DNA of 63,550 nt, filler included, from Atractiella rhizophila (taxonomy: Eukaryota): the NCBI GenBank assembly GCA_021432655.1. It is 3 parts of 3 records of this genome, joined end to end, with 100 filler letters (N's around TTAATTAATTAA, not from the genome) between each part and the next. Parts side by side here need not be neighbours in the genome. Positions count along the whole stretch, not along the records: positions 59,581 to 63,550 come from MU271786.1; 2 more parts are not named here. The stretch is one strand, 5' to 3'. Made by a program: the position numbers and the translations under genes. The notes under the pieces are model-generated. The model saw only the letters and a list, made by a program, of their open reading frames with translations, was not told where the DNA came from and made no database searches. This document shows, one piece after another, positions 62,330 to 63,550 of this stretch. Positions within the stretch are counted from its first letter, which is position 1, and every line of letters begins with the position of its first letter.

Positions 62330-63176
62330 AATGAGCCCAAACTTACTTCTCCAGCAAGGTAAGAGCTTTGCTCGTCTGTACGAGCGTGTATGGTCGATGT
62401 ATCCTTTGGACAGTCTATTTCAAATTGCAGGTTCCCGATTATCACGCAGGAGCAGCGGGAGCGATTATTACAAAGAGAGTTTCCATCTAGAAGAGAAAAG
62501 AAAGGAGTACGAAGGAGAGCGGCTGAGGGTTGCAGAGCAGCAAGGCAAGCCCATACTTTAACTTTGCCTCATGTCATGGAGTAATCCTTACAGTGGCAGT
62601 CAAACATCAGACATCAAATGGACTCTCAAGTTCTGGAATCATCCGATTCGGATGGAGAGGACCAAGTTCAGCAAGAGCGAAGTAGGTCGCCACCAATCCA
62701 CTCCAACAAACGCAGTCACTAACTCGCGGATACTACTAGTAAACCAACTAGAAAAAGAATGGGACGTCCTCAACCAACTGACCGACCAAACGATGTTCCA
62801 TCCCACACTGCTCGACAGGGCCTCGGCCGCACTCGAGGTTCGCAAGTTGTGCTCGATCGCCTGTCAGCTTTGGCTGTGGCGTTCGAAGCAGCTGAAGAGG
62901 GAAATGAAGATGTTGGAGAGGGAGAGGGATCAGTTGTGGGAGGAGTACGAGCTTTTGGAGTCTCAACTCGTGCCGAAAGAGGAGGAGGAGGAGTTGGACG
63001 ACCCGCGTGAGGATTTTACTGAGGGGGATGAGGACAGATATGAACGCCGCGACATGTTGGTGGGGGTCTTGAAAGAGACCGATGACAAACTAGTCCAGGT
63101 TAGAGCGTTGTTGGTTGACTGTGAGGTCCGGTTCGAGAGGGTGAATCAGGATGGAGTTGTTGGATTCGACTACTAG
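62330..63176 (+). CDS. Hypothetical acidic coiled-coil protein; exon structure uncertain
   Basis: ATG followed by a GTAAG donor; long final ORF QLEKEWDVL...LERERDQLWEEYELLE. Confidence 0.4.
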
Positions 63177-63426
63177 CATGGCCTACGAAAACCTGCTTTA
63201 ATGTGTCATTGACGATTTGGCATGTACTGTAACTTTGAAATAACAGGTGTACAATCACGTGAGGAAGGAATGTGACTCCTCATCCCAGCGCCGCTTTTGT
63301 TCTCGTTCACGTGTTTATTTGCAATCCCGAAATAACAAACGCAACGCGAGAAGGTATAAAAGACCGACGTCCTCTCATCGCTCATACCACCAGTTAACTA
63401 GTCTCTCTGCTTATTAGGCGTACAGG

Positions 63427-63550
63427 ATGCTCTCACTCCTCCTCCCCCTTCTCACGCCCTCGCTCGCCTCTCCCACTCCCCCAACCCAACTCCCTCTCTC
63501 CCTCTCCGGGACATCCCACGCAACCCTCCACTCGCTCGGCCACTCTCCTG
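63427..63550 (+). CDS. 5' start of a probable secreted protein (runs off right edge)
   Basis: TATAAAA at about 63355; MLSLLLPLLTPSLASPTP signal-peptide-like start; frame open to the window end. Confidence 0.45.
   Translation, partial: MLSLLLPLLTPSLASPTPPTQLPLSLSGTSHATLHSLGHSP

Overview
Intron-rich fungal genomic DNA, most consistent with a basidiomycete (introns of about 45-70 nt, GT/GC-AG, microexons), with three assembly gaps. The left half (1-29 kb) is mostly ordinary: a 1,195-bp tandem duplication of a gene's promoter and first exon, a bHLH factor, two F-box-like genes, an MDR oxidoreductase, Cox18-like, PPN1, CipC-like, tRNA-Lys(CTT), two tandem GNAT paralogs and a Stealth/Xpt1-like phosphotransferase. 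The right half is accessory and transposon-rich. The most interesting item is a hand-spliced minus-strand gene (34207 to <29873, at least 1,320 aa) that joins a predicted gasdermin-like N-terminal domain to a long Q/P-rich region and a multi-Cys zinc-binding domain; the ORF track splits it into unrelated-looking pieces. Also present: a patatin-NB-ARC-TPR NLR with about 15 near-identical 40-aa repeats and an apparently inactive lipase site; a DUF4246 pseudogene hit by Copia-family insertions at two sites 21 bp apart (one chimeric/nested, one solo LTR, both with TSDs); a foldback-like inverted repeat; hAT-type MITEs; a DUF3237 gene and a second MDR. All family assignments come from motif recognition by eye; no database searches were run.
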